Part shown: one piece after another, positions 29,846 through 39,898 of the stretch
How the letters are laid out: the number at the start of each line of letters is the position of its first letter
Position numbering within the stretch: the stretch's first letter is position 1
Origin: Bryobacterales bacterium
Lineage (GTDB): Bacteria; Acidobacteriota; Terriglobia; Bryobacterales; UBA6623
Direction of reading: 5' to 3'
Length of the DNA stretch: 64,000 bases
Assembly: GCA_963422375.2 (NCBI GenBank)
Contig: OY729428.2
Location: 2,688,001 to 2,752,000, forward strand
The notes under the pieces: model-generated
Databases searched by the model: none
What the model was told of the DNA's origin: nothing
The model's input: the letters and a program-made list of their open reading frames with translations, nothing else
Program-made: the position numbers and the translations under genes

Positions 29846-31210
29846 ATGCGTGCGCTCTTCCTTCTAGTGGCCGCGACCGCAACCGCGACCGCCGCGCCGC
29901 CCAACGTCGTGCTGATCATGGCCGACGACATGGGGTACGAATGCGTCGCGGCGAACGGCGGCACGAGCTACTCCACGCCCGTCTTCGATCGCATGGCGCG
30001 CGAGGGCCTGCGCTTCTCCCAGTGCTACTCGCAACCCGTCTGCACGCCGTCCCGCATCAAGCTGATGACCGGCAAGTACAACTGGCGCAACTACCGCAGT
30101 TTCGGTCGCTTGGAAAAGGGGCAGCGGACCTTCGCGCATCTCATGAAAGGTGCGGGCTACGTGACGGGCCTAGCTGGCAAGTGGCAGCTGTGGGGCGGGC
30201 CCGAGACGCCCGAGCGCCCGAGCGGAATGACACCGGACGACGCGGGCTTCGACGAGCACATGTATTGGGCATACAACTTCGAGCTGTCCGCCGAGCAGAG
30301 GCGGCTGTACAGCTCCGTCGGCCCTCCCGGGGACAGGCAGACCTCCCGTTTCTGGCACCCGGGGATCCTTCGGGACGGAGAGTACGTCCACTCGTCGCTG
30401 GACGACTACGGACCGGACATGTTCTCCGACTTCGCGCTGGACTTCGTCGAGCGCCACAGGGACGAGCGGTTCTTCCTCTATTACCCGATGGTCCTGACCC
30501 ACGGGCCGTTCGTGGCCACGCCGCACAGCCGTGTCATCAATGACAGGACGAAGTTCAGGAGCGACACCAAGTTCTTCGCGGACATGGTCGCCTACACCGA
30601 CTTCCTCGTTGGCCGGCTGCTGGACCGGCTGGAGGAACTGGGCATCGCCGACGAGACGCTCGTGCTGTTCACCGGCGACAACGGCACCCACCGCAGCCTG
30701 CAGTCCATGCTCGGGAATCGCGTCGTCAAGGGCGGCAAGGCGTTCCCGCAGGACGCCGGCACCCGCGTGCCGCTGCTGGCACGCTGGCCCGGTCAGGTAC
30801 CGGCCGGGGGCGTCTCGGACGACCTGATCGAGTTCAGCGACTTCTTCGCGACGCTGGCCGACCTCACGAACCAGCCACTCCCGGACGGCGACCCCTACGA
30901 CGGGCGCAGCTTCCTAGCGCAGCTTCTGGGCGGCTCAGGCAGCCCCCGCGACTGGATCTTCGTGCATTACGACAGGGACCCGGCCCTGGCCGAGGTGCCC
31001 TTCCCGAGAGTCCGATTCGCCCGCACCAAGCGCTACAAGCTCTACAACGACGGCCGCTTCTACGACGTGCCGCACGACTGGGACGAGAAGCGCCCCATCT
31101 CCCTCGCGGACGCCAGCGAGGACGCGCTCGCGATCCGCCGCATACTGCAGCGGGTGCTGCACTCGATGCCCGCCTGGACGCCGACGGGAGGCGCCAGTCC
31201 GCAACGCTAG
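29846..31210 (+). CDS. Arylsulfatase-like S1 sulfatase (Cys-type, intact)
   Basis: PNVVLIMADDMG, CTPSR, GKWQL, LTHGP, TGDNG, GGK. Confidence 0.9.
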   Translation: MRALFLLVAATATATAAPPNVVLIMADDMGYECVAANGGTSYSTPVFDRMAREGLRFSQCYSQPVCTPSRIKLMTGKYNWRNYRSFGRLEKGQRTFAHLMKGAGYVTGLAGKWQLWGGPETPERPSGMTPDDAGFDEHMYWAYNFELSAEQRRLYSSVGPPGDRQTSRFWHPGILRDGEYVHSSLDDYGPDMFSDFALDFVERHRDERFFLYYPMVLTHGPFVATPHSRVINDRTKFRSDTKFFADMVAYTDFLVGRLLDRLEELGIADETLVLFTGDNGTHRSLQSMLGNRVVKGGKAFPQDAGTRVPLLARWPGQVPAGGVSDDLIEFSDFFATLADLTNQPLPDGDPYDGRSFLAQLLGGSGSPRDWIFVHYDRDPALAEVPFPRVRFARTKRYKLYNDGRFYDVPHDWDEKRPISLADASEDALAIRRILQRVLHSMPAWTPTGGASPQR

Positions 31211-32322
31211 TCCGCGCCGAGCGCCCGGTCCAGCGCCTCGACGAAGAAATACTCGCCCCACATCACCGACTCGCCGACCCCCAGGCCGAGGTTGAGGTGG
31301 TAGATGCCTTCCTTGAGGATGCCCTCCCATCCCGGCGTCTCGGAGGCCAGATAGGGCGGCTGGGCCAGCGTCAGAAGCACGCGCCTAGCTGCCTGGTCGT
31401 ACAAAATGCCCTTGGCGCGGTCCGGCGTCAGGCGGGCGAGCCGTAACAGGCCCGCGGCCGTGATTGCCGCGGCGGAGGACTCGTCCCGGCGATCCTCCGG
31501 GGGGGCGTCGAAGTCCATCGGCGTCATGCCGCTCGGATCCGCGTTCGCGAGGAAGTAGTCCGAGCAGCGCTCGGCGGTCTCGAGGAACCGGGCGTCCCGC
31601 ACCAGCTTGTAGGCCGCGGTGAAGCCGTAGATCGCCCAGGCCAGGCCCCGCGCCCAGCACGAGTCCGAGCGCCAGCCCTGCTGCGTGGACTGCCGCAGGA
31701 ACTCCCCGGTCGCCAGGTCGTAGATGCCCTCGTGGGAGGAGCTGCCGTCGCCCCGAACCAGCACCCTGCGGCTGGTCAGGCTGTGCTGCATGGCCACGTC
31801 CATCAGCCCCCGGTCTCCCGTCCGGAGCGCGGCGTAGAAGATGATGCCGACGTTGGCCATGATGTCGATGAAGATCGACTCCGGCCCCATGAAGGACGCC
31901 ATGTAGCGGCCCTTCGGCTTGAATCTCTTGGCCAGCGTGCGGCCGGCCTGGATCACGACCTCGTTCAGTTCCTCGCGACCGGTCAGGCGGTACCAGCGGT
32001 GGTAGGTAGACAGGAAGATAAACCCGAGGTCGTGGACTTCGCGATCCATCTTGCGGGGCTCCAGCGGGGTCGTGTACCGCTCTGCCAGCGCCATCCACGC
32101 AGGGTCCCCGGTGCGCCTTGCGAAGATCCACATCATGCCGGGCAGGAACCCGTCGCACCAGTGCGTCCAGGCCGGCTTGCCGTGGCGCCAGCGCCCCTGC
32201 TCGGTGTACATCGGGTAGAAGCCCTCGTCGCGCTCCGCCGTCGCGCGCACTTGGCGCTGTGCGAATTCCAAGGCGCGCAGATACACCTCCCGGGAGCCGG
32301 CGAGCGAGGTCAGTTCCAGCAT
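31207..32322 (-). CDS. Glycoside hydrolase family 88 (unsaturated glucuronyl hydrolase-like)
   Basis: WCDGFLPGMMW, HDLGF, IDIMAN, QGWRSDSCWARGLAWAIYGF, SSAAAI, WGEYFFVEAL. Confidence 0.85.
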   Translation of the reverse strand: MLELTSLAGSREVYLRALEFAQRQVRATAERDEGFYPMYTEQGRWRHGKPAWTHWCDGFLPGMMWIFARRTGDPAWMALAERYTTPLEPRKMDREVHDLGFIFLSTYHRWYRLTGREELNEVVIQAGRTLAKRFKPKGRYMASFMGPESIFIDIMANVGIIFYAALRTGDRGLMDVAMQHSLTSRRVLVRGDGSSSHEGIYDLATGEFLRQSTQQGWRSDSCWARGLAWAIYGFTAAYKLVRDARFLETAERCSDYFLANADPSGMTPMDFDAPPEDRRDESSAAAITAAGLLRLARLTPDRAKGILYDQAARRVLLTLAQPPYLASETPGWEGILKEGIYHLNLGLGVGESVMWGEYFFVEALDRALGAD

Positions 32323-32368
32323 GGAGGCACAGTCTAGCACTGCCCGAGCTGCCCGCCCGCGGCCCGGG

Positions 32369-32998
32369 TTAGCGCTTCTTGGAGAGCGGGATTTCGAAGT
32401 AGAACAGGTCGCGGCCGTTCGTGATGTCGTATATGCCGGTGATATAGGCCGCGGCACCCGACAGAGACTCGTCCGAGCTCACCCAGAAGTACAGGAAGCC
32501 GCTAGCCGTGCTCTTCGGGGTGACGATCGGCGCGAGAAACTCGTTCTGAGTGATCTCGGTTCGGTTCAATGGCCCCTTCCGGACCCGCGTGCGGCCCAGA
32601 CCGGGCACGCCGGGAATGTTCCTGCGCGTCGGCTGGTGTCCCTTCGGATTGTAGCTGGCGAGTTCCGCGCCGCTGACCGGCTCGATCCCATCCCTGCCGG
32701 AGGTGATCAGGCGGACCTGCAGGTTCTCCAGCGAGTACGAATTGGTCCCGGTGTTCGACATCACCACCAGCAGGGGGGTCACACCGTGGTCGTAGGGGCG
32801 TAACTTGCCGAACGCGCTCTGCTGGTCCTTGTCCGAAACGAAGGGCCTGACCGCGACGATCAGGTCGCCTTGCTTCTGCTTCGTCGGGTACTTATCGGCC
32901 GTCTTCGCCCGGAATTGTCCTTGCCCGTGCGCCGCGCCCGCGAGAACCGTAGCGAGCACGCACACCGAAACGATGAGTCCCCGCATCTGTGATGACAT
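32369..32998 (-). CDS. Secreted hypothetical protein
   Basis: Signal peptide; host-like codon usage; fills the gap between GH88 and waaA. Confidence 0.6.
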   Translation of the reverse strand: MSSQMRGLIVSVCVLATVLAGAAHGQGQFRAKTADKYPTKQKQGDLIVAVRPFVSDKDQQSAFGKLRPYDHGVTPLLVVMSNTGTNSYSLENLQVRLITSGRDGIEPVSGAELASYNPKGHQPTRRNIPGVPGLGRTRVRKGPLNRTEITQNEFLAPIVTPKSTASGFLYFWVSSDESLSGAAAYITGIYDITNGRDLFYFEIPLSKKR

Positions 32999-33021
32999 AG
33001 TATCAGTCTGTCCCCTGTCGA

Positions 33022-35385
33022 TTGGTCCGGCTCGCCTACAACCTATTGCTGGCTGTCCTCGCCCCGGCGGCAATCCCCTACTGGATCCTGCGCGGTCGCG
33101 CGAAAGGCCGCTCATGGGGCGACATCGGCAGGGCACTCGGAATCATCCCGCCTCTTGAGCATACGATTCGCCAGCCGTCCGTTTGGTTTCACGCGGTCTC
33201 GGTCGGCGAGGTGCAATCGTGTGTGCCGTTCCTGCAAGGGCTGCGCCGGGCATTGCCGGCGGCAGCCATCTACGTCAGCGCAGGAACAGCGACCGGGCTG
33301 GGCCTGGCAAGAGAGCGGCTGCGGGATCTTGCCGACGGCGTCTTCCCGGCTCCGGCGGACTTCCCGTGGTGCGTAGCGCGCGTGCTCCGCAGGCTGGAGC
33401 CGCGCCTGCTGGTCGTCGCCGAGACGGAACTTTGGCCGAACTACTTCTTCCAGGCGAAGCGCTTCGGAGCGGCGACGCTGATCGTCAACGGCAGGCTCTC
33501 CGACCGCTCAGCGCCCAGGTACCGGCGACTCCGGCACCTCTTTCGGTCCGTGCTGGGCTCGGTCGACGCGATCCTGGTCCAGTCGGAAACGGACCGCGAC
33601 CGCTTCCTCGGGGCCGGCGCGGATGCAGCTGTCACGCTGCTCGGCGGCAATCTCAAGTACGACTTCGATTCCGACGCGTCCGCCGCCGCCCTGCCACCCG
33701 CAATCGACGCGTACCTCAAGGCCGCGCGGCCGGACCTGGTGCTGGTCGCCGGCAGCACGAGGGAAGGCGAGGAGGCGATGCTCGTCCCGGCGCTGCGCTC
33801 GATAGCGGAGCGCACGCCGCGCTGTCTCGCAGTGGTCGCTCCGAGGCATCCGCATCGATTCGGCGAAGCCGCGCGGGAGTTGCAGGCGGTCGGAGTGCCG
33901 GTCCTGCGTCGGTCGCGCCTCGTCTCGGCAGCGTCGACCGCGCTCCCTGCCGTGCTGCTGCTGGACAGCCTGGGCGAACTCGCGTCGCTGTACGCTCGCT
34001 GCGACCTAGCATTCGTCGGGGGGTCCTTGAACGGCTGGGGAGGCCACAACGTGCTGGAGCCGGTCCGCTTCGCGAAGCCGGTCGTCGTCGGGCCCTACAT
34101 GCAGAACTTCCGGACCATTGCGACGGGCCTCGCGGCAGCCGGCGGGCTGCTGCAGGTCAAGAGCGCCGACGACCTGCCGGAGGCACTGGCTCGCCTTGCG
34201 GCTGACAGGATCAAGCGGGAAGCGCTGGGGCGAACCGGCCGCGCGTTTGCCTTTGCGCAGCGCGGGGCATCGGAGAAGGCAGCCGATCAGGCGAAGCGCC
34301 TGTTCGCCCAAGCGCTGCCGCGCCGCCCTCCTTCCACGCTCGCGCTCGCCGCCCTCGGACTGCCGTCGGCGCTCTGGAGCGCCTTGGCACTCCTGCGAAG
34401 GAAGGCCTACGACTCCGGTGTCCTGGCGGTGCGCCGGCTAGCCGTTCCGGTCGTGTCCGTCGGCAACCTGACCGTCGGCGGGACCGGCAAGACGCCCGCG
34501 GTGGCGTGGCTCGTCGAGCGCCTCCGGGAGAGGGGGCTCGTCACCGCGGTCTTGACGCGCGGCTACGGTCGCCGGGACGAGAGCGGCTTGCGCGTGGTGC
34601 GGGCAGGGGACGCCGCCGACCCACGCGAGGTCGGGGACGAGCCGGCGATGCTGGCAAGGCGATTCGCCTCGACGGCGCCGGAAACGCGCATCGCGGTCTG
34701 CGCGGACCGCTTCGCGGCAGGCCGGGCGCTTGAAGCCGAAGGTGGAATCGACGTGTTCGTGCTCGACGACGGATTCCAGCACATGCAACTTCACCGGAAC
34801 CTAGACCTCGTCCTTGTCGACGCCATCGCGCCCTTCGGGAACGGGTACGCGTTGCCCTTGGGCCGCCTGAGGGAAGCGCCTGGCGCCCTGCTCCGCGCCG
34901 ACGCCGTGCTCATCACGCGCTGCAACGCGGAATTCGACCACGCCGCGCTGTGCCGAACGGTACGTGAGATGAATCCAGACGCGAGAGTCTATCGGTCCCG
35001 CATGGCGACCAACTGCCTGGTCGAACTGGCGACGGGCCGGGAGGAATCGCCCGAACTAGCGGCGGGAAAGCGTGTCGCCGCCTTCTGCGGCATTGGAAAC
35101 CCTCGGTCATTCTTCGGTCAAGTGCGGTCCATCGGATGCGAGATCGTTTCGGAACGCACATTCCGCGACCACTATTCATACACGGCATGGGACATAGACA
35201 CACTGTGCCAGGCTGCGAGGAAGAGCGGCGCGGAGGCTATGATAACAACAGCCAAGGATGCCATCAACCTCGCAGTTTCAGGTCACTTCAAGTTGCCCGC
35301 ATATGCCCTGCATATCGAATTGGAAGTGGAACATCCCAGTGTTTTAATCGCGCAAATAGCTCGGAAAATATCCAGATCATTCTGA
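33022..35385 (+). CDS. waaA-lpxK: Fused Kdo transferase (WaaA/KdtA) - tetraacyldisaccharide 4'-kinase (LpxK)
   Basis: N-half: WFHAVSVGE, ETELWPN, NGRLS, GNLKYD, AGSTR.GEE, APRHP, GGHNVLEP. C-half: SVGNLTVGGTGKTP, TRGYG, GDEP, LDDGFQH, PLGRLRE, GIGNP, DHY, TTAKDA. No stop between the halves. Confidence 0.92.
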   Translation: MVRLAYNLLLAVLAPAAIPYWILRGRAKGRSWGDIGRALGIIPPLEHTIRQPSVWFHAVSVGEVQSCVPFLQGLRRALPAAAIYVSAGTATGLGLARERLRDLADGVFPAPADFPWCVARVLRRLEPRLLVVAETELWPNYFFQAKRFGAATLIVNGRLSDRSAPRYRRLRHLFRSVLGSVDAILVQSETDRDRFLGAGADAAVTLLGGNLKYDFDSDASAAALPPAIDAYLKAARPDLVLVAGSTREGEEAMLVPALRSIAERTPRCLAVVAPRHPHRFGEAARELQAVGVPVLRRSRLVSAASTALPAVLLLDSLGELASLYARCDLAFVGGSLNGWGGHNVLEPVRFAKPVVVGPYMQNFRTIATGLAAAGGLLQVKSADDLPEALARLAADRIKREALGRTGRAFAFAQRGASEKAADQAKRLFAQALPRRPPSTLALAALGLPSALWSALALLRRKAYDSGVLAVRRLAVPVVSVGNLTVGGTGKTPAVAWLVERLRERGLVTAVLTRGYGRRDESGLRVVRAGDAADPREVGDEPAMLARRFASTAPETRIAVCADRFAAGRALEAEGGIDVFVLDDGFQHMQLHRNLDLVLVDAIAPFGNGYALPLGRLREAPGALLRADAVLITRCNAEFDHAALCRTVREMNPDARVYRSRMATNCLVELATGREESPELAAGKRVAAFCGIGNPRSFFGQVRSIGCEIVSERTFRDHYSYTAWDIDTLCQAARKSGAEAMITTAKDAINLAVSGHFKLPAYALHIELEVEHPSVLIAQIARKISRSF

Positions 35386-35514
35386 CGGATATCCCGTCAA
35401 TAGTACCTAAGGATATTAGCAACAAAGTGCAATCACTCATGCTGTCAACGTCCTATGAAGTTTCTCTATTTTTCTGAGATCTCTCTCGAAATGGACAGGA
35501 TAACTTGGAACACT

Positions 35515-35900
35515 TTATTGAGATTCAATCAAATCAAGGCTCCGCATCAACACTCTAAAGCTGGTTGACTTGTTTTGACCGGGCATCAGATGCTGAGCCA
35601 TCAAACCAGCTCCCGAAACCTTCCTGAAGTTTGGCACAAGACGCTTGAGTTCGCTAGATGGGCGCTGCACGGAATCCGGGTCGCGAAATCGAGCCCTCCG
35701 GCCAATCTGGCGAAGGGTCGGGTCGCCAAATGCCATTGCCATTGCGTCTGGATCACCAAGGTACCAAGATTCCAACTCCCTGCACACAATTCGAATCACG
35801 ACATCTCTTTGTCCACCGCTCTTGCAACGCCGTTGAACCGCAGCCTTGACCCTGCGACAGTCATTGACAGTTCTTCCACCAAGAATACTACTCGCTCCAA
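35515..35900 (-). pseudogene. DUF4276 family protein with internal deletion/frameshift
   Basis: TTG 35900 reads LERVVFLVEELSM, then jumps frame to DCRRVKA..IRIVCRELESWYLGD..RFRDPD..KVSGA..NKSTSF. The middle of the family domain appears missing. Confidence 0.65.
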
Positions 35901-37081
35901 TATAGTTCTGCTCCTTCAAGTAGTCCGCTGTACCACAGCGTACCAGGTAGGTCTCCATTTTCGTGGAGACGGTGTAGCAATTCGCTCTCTGCAACACATC
36001 GCACAGTGCTGAATCCTTTGCGTTTGGTGAAGTAATAGATTTCTTCCAGCTTGGCCCAGTTCAAGAAATCGCACGAATGCGTTTCGATGAATGCTTGTCC
36101 ATTCATACTAGAGTATGACCTAAGATCTTCCACAACCTGCACTATTGACCAAGGATCGATTCCTCGCTCAGGATCCTTGACTAAGAGGAGAGAGTGCGGT
36201 CTCGGGTCATTCAGAACAACCAAGTGTGCAAGCGTTCTCAACATTCCATCCGATACATGACTTGCATCGAACCACTCTTTCAAACTATATTCGCGGAATC
36301 GCATTCTTAGGTTTCCTGTGGCAGTTTGCTCCGTCTTAATATCACTTATATTGGCTGATTGAAACCGATAGTCGGAGATGATCTCACGAAGTGTGTCCGG
36401 ATGGCGATGTTGAAGAAAATACGCCACCTGTGCTAGATTTCCGCCAGTACTAGAAAGGTGACTGGAGTACCTCGCAGGGATCTGAGAACGCATTTGGTCC
36501 GTCCTAATGTCCGACAAATGTGTGCTACAAAGTAGCCCGTACAATTCACTGGATGCCATTGCAACTGGCGTTGAATGCTCAGATTCAGCCATGCTCGTGA
36601 CTTCAAGTCCATTCTGTTTGAGGAGTCTATACTCTCCCTGCTTCGGAGTCGCTTGATAGATTACGGAGTCTTCAGTCTGAACAACTTCGAACGGAGATGG
36701 ATGCTTGATTCCTCCGCCCGTCATATCCTCCGATTCATCCCTAGCGTGTTCCAAGGATTCGCGCACCTGAACCACAGATTGTTCAGTCTTCGCACACTTG
36801 ATAGAGTACTTCAGCACGCGTCCGGTCTTGTCGCGATAGCTCACGCTCACGCTCACCGGGCCTACCTGTCCCCGACTGACGATGCTGTCGAAGCCTCCGC
36901 GCTTCGATATTGCTTCGGTTACGCTTCCAGTCACAGCATCCCCAAGAAACCCAAGCACGTCAAGCAGGGTGGACTTGCCGGCCCCCGGTCGCCCGACCAG
37001 CACAGCGAAGCCGGGGATGTCGCAAAGAGTGACGTCGCGCAACGCACGATAGTTGCGTACGTGCAACTCCTCAACTTGCAC
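35888..37081 (-). CDS. AAA_21/AAA_15-type ABC ATPase (defence/TA-associated), possibly degenerating
   Basis: VRNYRAL, Walker A GRPGAGKST, signature SDGMLR, aberrant Walker B LLLVKDPERG, ETHS; overlaps the DUF4276 start. Confidence 0.75.
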   Translation of the reverse strand: MQVEELHVRNYRALRDVTLCDIPGFAVLVGRPGAGKSTLLDVLGFLGDAVTGSVTEAISKRGGFDSIVSRGQVGPVSVSVSYRDKTGRVLKYSIKCAKTEQSVVQVRESLEHARDESEDMTGGGIKHPSPFEVVQTEDSVIYQATPKQGEYRLLKQNGLEVTSMAESEHSTPVAMASSELYGLLCSTHLSDIRTDQMRSQIPARYSSHLSSTGGNLAQVAYFLQHRHPDTLREIISDYRFQSANISDIKTEQTATGNLRMRFREYSLKEWFDASHVSDGMLRTLAHLVVLNDPRPHSLLLVKDPERGIDPWSIVQVVEDLRSYSSMNGQAFIETHSCDFLNWAKLEEIYYFTKRKGFSTVRCVAESELLHRLHENGDLPGTLWYSGLLEGAELYWSE

Positions 37082-37109
37082 GACTTCCCTTCCGAACGAA
37101 CCGGCGGAC

Positions 37110-38501
37110 CTACTTCGCAATCCCGCCCTCCGTCATCGCTAGCGGGTCCAGCAGGCGATCGAGATCCTCGGGTGCGAGGCCGGTCTCCTCGACCGCGATG
37201 TCCTTCACGCGCCGCCCTTCGGCGTAGGCTCGCTTGGCAACACTAGCCCCCTTCTCGTAGCCGATCACCGGGTTGAGGGCCGTGACTAAGATCGGATTCC
37301 GTTCGGCCAGTTCACGGGCGCGAGCTTCGTTCGCCACGAAACCGGCGATCGCGCTCTTCGCTAGCACCGTCGCCGCGTTACCGAGGAGCCGCGCACTCTC
37401 GAGTAGGTTGTGAGCGATCACGGGGAGCATGACGTTCAACTGGAAGTTTCCCGACTGGCCAGCCACGGTGACGGTCGCGTCGTTGCCGATAACTTGCGCG
37501 CATACCATGGCCACGGCTTCCGGAATAACCGGATTCACCTTGCCGGGCATGATGCTGGAGCCCGGCTGCAGGGCCGGCAGCGCGATATCGGCGATCCCGG
37601 CGATCGGCCCGCTGTTCATCCACCGCAGATCGTTGGCGATCTTCATGATCGAGACCGCGACGGTCTTGAACTGCCCGCTGAGTTCTACTGCGGCGTCCTG
37701 GCTCGACAGGCTCGTGAAATAGTTGCGGCTGGATATGAACGGCAGGCCGGTCTCTGCAGACAGGCGCTTAGACACCCTCGGACCGAATTCCGCGTCTGCG
37801 TTAACTCCGGTACCGACCGCAGTGCCGCCGAGAGCGAGAGGAGAGATCCGAGCCAGTGCGGACCGCACTCGCTGCTGCCCTTGGGCGATCTGGACGGCCC
37901 ACCCCCCGAGTTCCTGGCTCAAGCGGATAGGCAGAGCGTCCATCAGGTGCGTGCGACCCGTCTTGACCACTCGGTCGACGGATTCGGCCTTCTCAACCAG
38001 TGCTGCTCGAAGGGTCTCCAATCCCGGCAGCGTCGTCCACGACGTCTCCATGTACGCGCTGACATGGATCGCAGTCGGGATCACGTCGTTGCTCGACTGG
38101 CCCATGTTGACGTGATCGTTAGGATGCACAGGCTGCCCGAGCCTGGCGCTTGCCAAGGTGGCGATCACCTCGTTGGCATTCATGTTGGTCGAAGTGCCCG
38201 AACCGGTCTGGAAGATGTCGATCGGAAACTGGTCGTCGTGCGCACCGCCCGCGACTTCCTCGGCAGCTCCTTGGATCGCGCGAGCCAGGCCTTCGTCCAT
38301 CTGACCAAGCTCGCTATTGACCCTCGCGGCCGAGGCCTTGATCAGGCCTAGGCTGCGGATGAACGTGCGCGGAACGCGGATTCCGCTAATCGGGAAGTTC
38401 TCGACCGCACGCTGTGTCTGTGCCTTGTAAAGCGCCTTGGCGGGAACGCGAACGTCGCCCATGGAATCCCGCTCGACTCTGTAGGAATCGCTTTCCTGCA
38501 T
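37110..38501 (-). CDS. fumC: Class II fumarate hydratase
   Basis: QTGSGTSTNMN, HPNDHVN..QSSND, KTGRTHLMDA, PGSSIMPGKVNP. Confidence 0.93.
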   Translation of the reverse strand: MQESDSYRVERDSMGDVRVPAKALYKAQTQRAVENFPISGIRVPRTFIRSLGLIKASAARVNSELGQMDEGLARAIQGAAEEVAGGAHDDQFPIDIFQTGSGTSTNMNANEVIATLASARLGQPVHPNDHVNMGQSSNDVIPTAIHVSAYMETSWTTLPGLETLRAALVEKAESVDRVVKTGRTHLMDALPIRLSQELGGWAVQIAQGQQRVRSALARISPLALGGTAVGTGVNADAEFGPRVSKRLSAETGLPFISSRNYFTSLSSQDAAVELSGQFKTVAVSIMKIANDLRWMNSGPIAGIADIALPALQPGSSIMPGKVNPVIPEAVAMVCAQVIGNDATVTVAGQSGNFQLNVMLPVIAHNLLESARLLGNAATVLAKSAIAGFVANEARARELAERNPILVTALNPVIGYEKGASVAKRAYAEGRRVKDIAVEETGLAPEDLDRLLDPLAMTEGGIAK

Positions 38502-38670
38502 CACCATTCAAGGTACATGACCGAGCCGACTGGCTGGTCCGGCGGCAATCCCCGAGCCCCGTCGCGAATTCGAGGGGCCGTTCGCTGTTTCGAATCGGAC
38601 GACGGGCGAACCGCCATGCCGCATCTATGTAGCGGCCGTCGGAATGCGCGGCGGGAGGGATCGCCCGAGC

Positions 38671-39897
38671 CTACAGCGTGAATTCGACGAGTTGCCCGCC
38701 GTTCCGGATCGAATGCCTAGCGGCCTCGCATGCCGCCTCGTTGTACCTGCTGTTGGATGGCGTTGCAAGGATCCCAGCGCGTGCGATCTCGTCGACCAGC
38801 CTTCGGCGACTCTCGAGCCCGTCCGCTTCCCGCTCCACACGCAAGGCTTCCTCCACAATGTGGCGGACCGACCGCACGCCGTAGCCGGTCGGCGCCAGCC
38901 CGGGCCCGCCAAGGTCTTGATACATGAAGTAGTCCGGGCTCGGCTCGGCGTACTGAGTGCCGCCCGGGCCAGGCAGCCGCTCGGCGAAGCTGTAGGCGAT
39001 TCCTCGGTACTGGTCGGAGTGGTCAATCAGAGCCCCTCGGCCGCTGCCGCTGCAATAGAGCGTCAGGCCCTGCGTGTTCGGCCCGGGCGCCGCGTCCGGA
39101 AAGCTCAGAGAGTTCTGCACGTTGAGGCAGGCACCGTTCTCCCAGAGCACCCTCGCGTCGGACCAGAGGTAGCCCCGCTTGCCATTCGGCAAATCCTCCA
39201 AGATGCCGTAGACCGAAACTGCCGTCGGCACGAGTCCGGTGATGAAATGCACCAAGTCCACATAGTGGCAGCCGATGTAAACGAACGAGTCCGTGGCGTC
39301 CGCGGTGAACCAGTTCTGGAAATTCGAGTTCCGGTAATGCCACTTCTCCATGAGGCGCGCCGTGCCGAGGCGGAGGTCGCCGAACTGGCCTTGCCGGTAG
39401 AGGTCACGCGCCATCAGGCTTCGCGGGTCGAAGCGCTTGTGGTATTCGACGCCCACGAGGAGTCCGCGAGCCGCTGCCTCGCGCTCGATTTCTAGCGAGT
39501 GCTCAACCGACAGCACAAGGGGTTTCACGCAGCAGACGTGCTGCCCGGCGCGCAGGGCGTCGAGCACGACCTCGCGATGGAACTGGTCGGGCACTGCCAC
39601 GACGACCACCGATCCGGCCGGCCGCTCCCGCAGGACGGCCTTGTAGTGCGCGGGGCACGGTTCGTCGGGTCCGGCCCCCGGTGCGAGGAGCGCTCGGAAT
39701 CGGACATCCGGGAACGCCCTGCGAATCGCCGGCGCCTTCGCGAGAGCGAGGACCGACCCGTTGCGCTGCGAGCAGACCGACACGTCGCCGACCGCGCCCT
39801 CGCGCCGCATCTGGAGCAGGGCCGGCAGGATCTGGTCGTGCGCGATCATTCCCGCGCCGATCAGCAGGACAGGTGTCTCGGACGCAGGACCGGACAC
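38671..39897 (-). CDS. Gfo/Idh/MocA family oxidoreductase
   Basis: LLIGAGMI, AVPDQFH, VKPL, EYHKRFDP, YIGCHYVDL; GTG start 1 nt after the upstream stop. Confidence 0.8.
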   Translation of the reverse strand: MSGPASETPVLLIGAGMIAHDQILPALLQMRREGAVGDVSVCSQRNGSVLALAKAPAIRRAFPDVRFRALLAPGAGPDEPCPAHYKAVLRERPAGSVVVVAVPDQFHREVVLDALRAGQHVCCVKPLVLSVEHSLEIEREAAARGLLVGVEYHKRFDPRSLMARDLYRQGQFGDLRLGTARLMEKWHYRNSNFQNWFTADATDSFVYIGCHYVDLVHFITGLVPTAVSVYGILEDLPNGKRGYLWSDARVLWENGACLNVQNSLSFPDAAPGPNTQGLTLYCSGSGRGALIDHSDQYRGIAYSFAERLPGPGGTQYAEPSPDYFMYQDLGGPGLAPTGYGVRSVRHIVEEALRVEREADGLESRRRLVDEIARAGILATPSNSRYNEAACEAARHSIRNGGQLVEFTL

Positions 39898-39898
39898 G

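Noticed and set aside
35383..35399. Inverted repeat TGACGG-atatc-CCGTCA at the lpxK stop as an intrinsic terminator
   Set aside because: Only a 6-bp stem with no U-tract on either strand.
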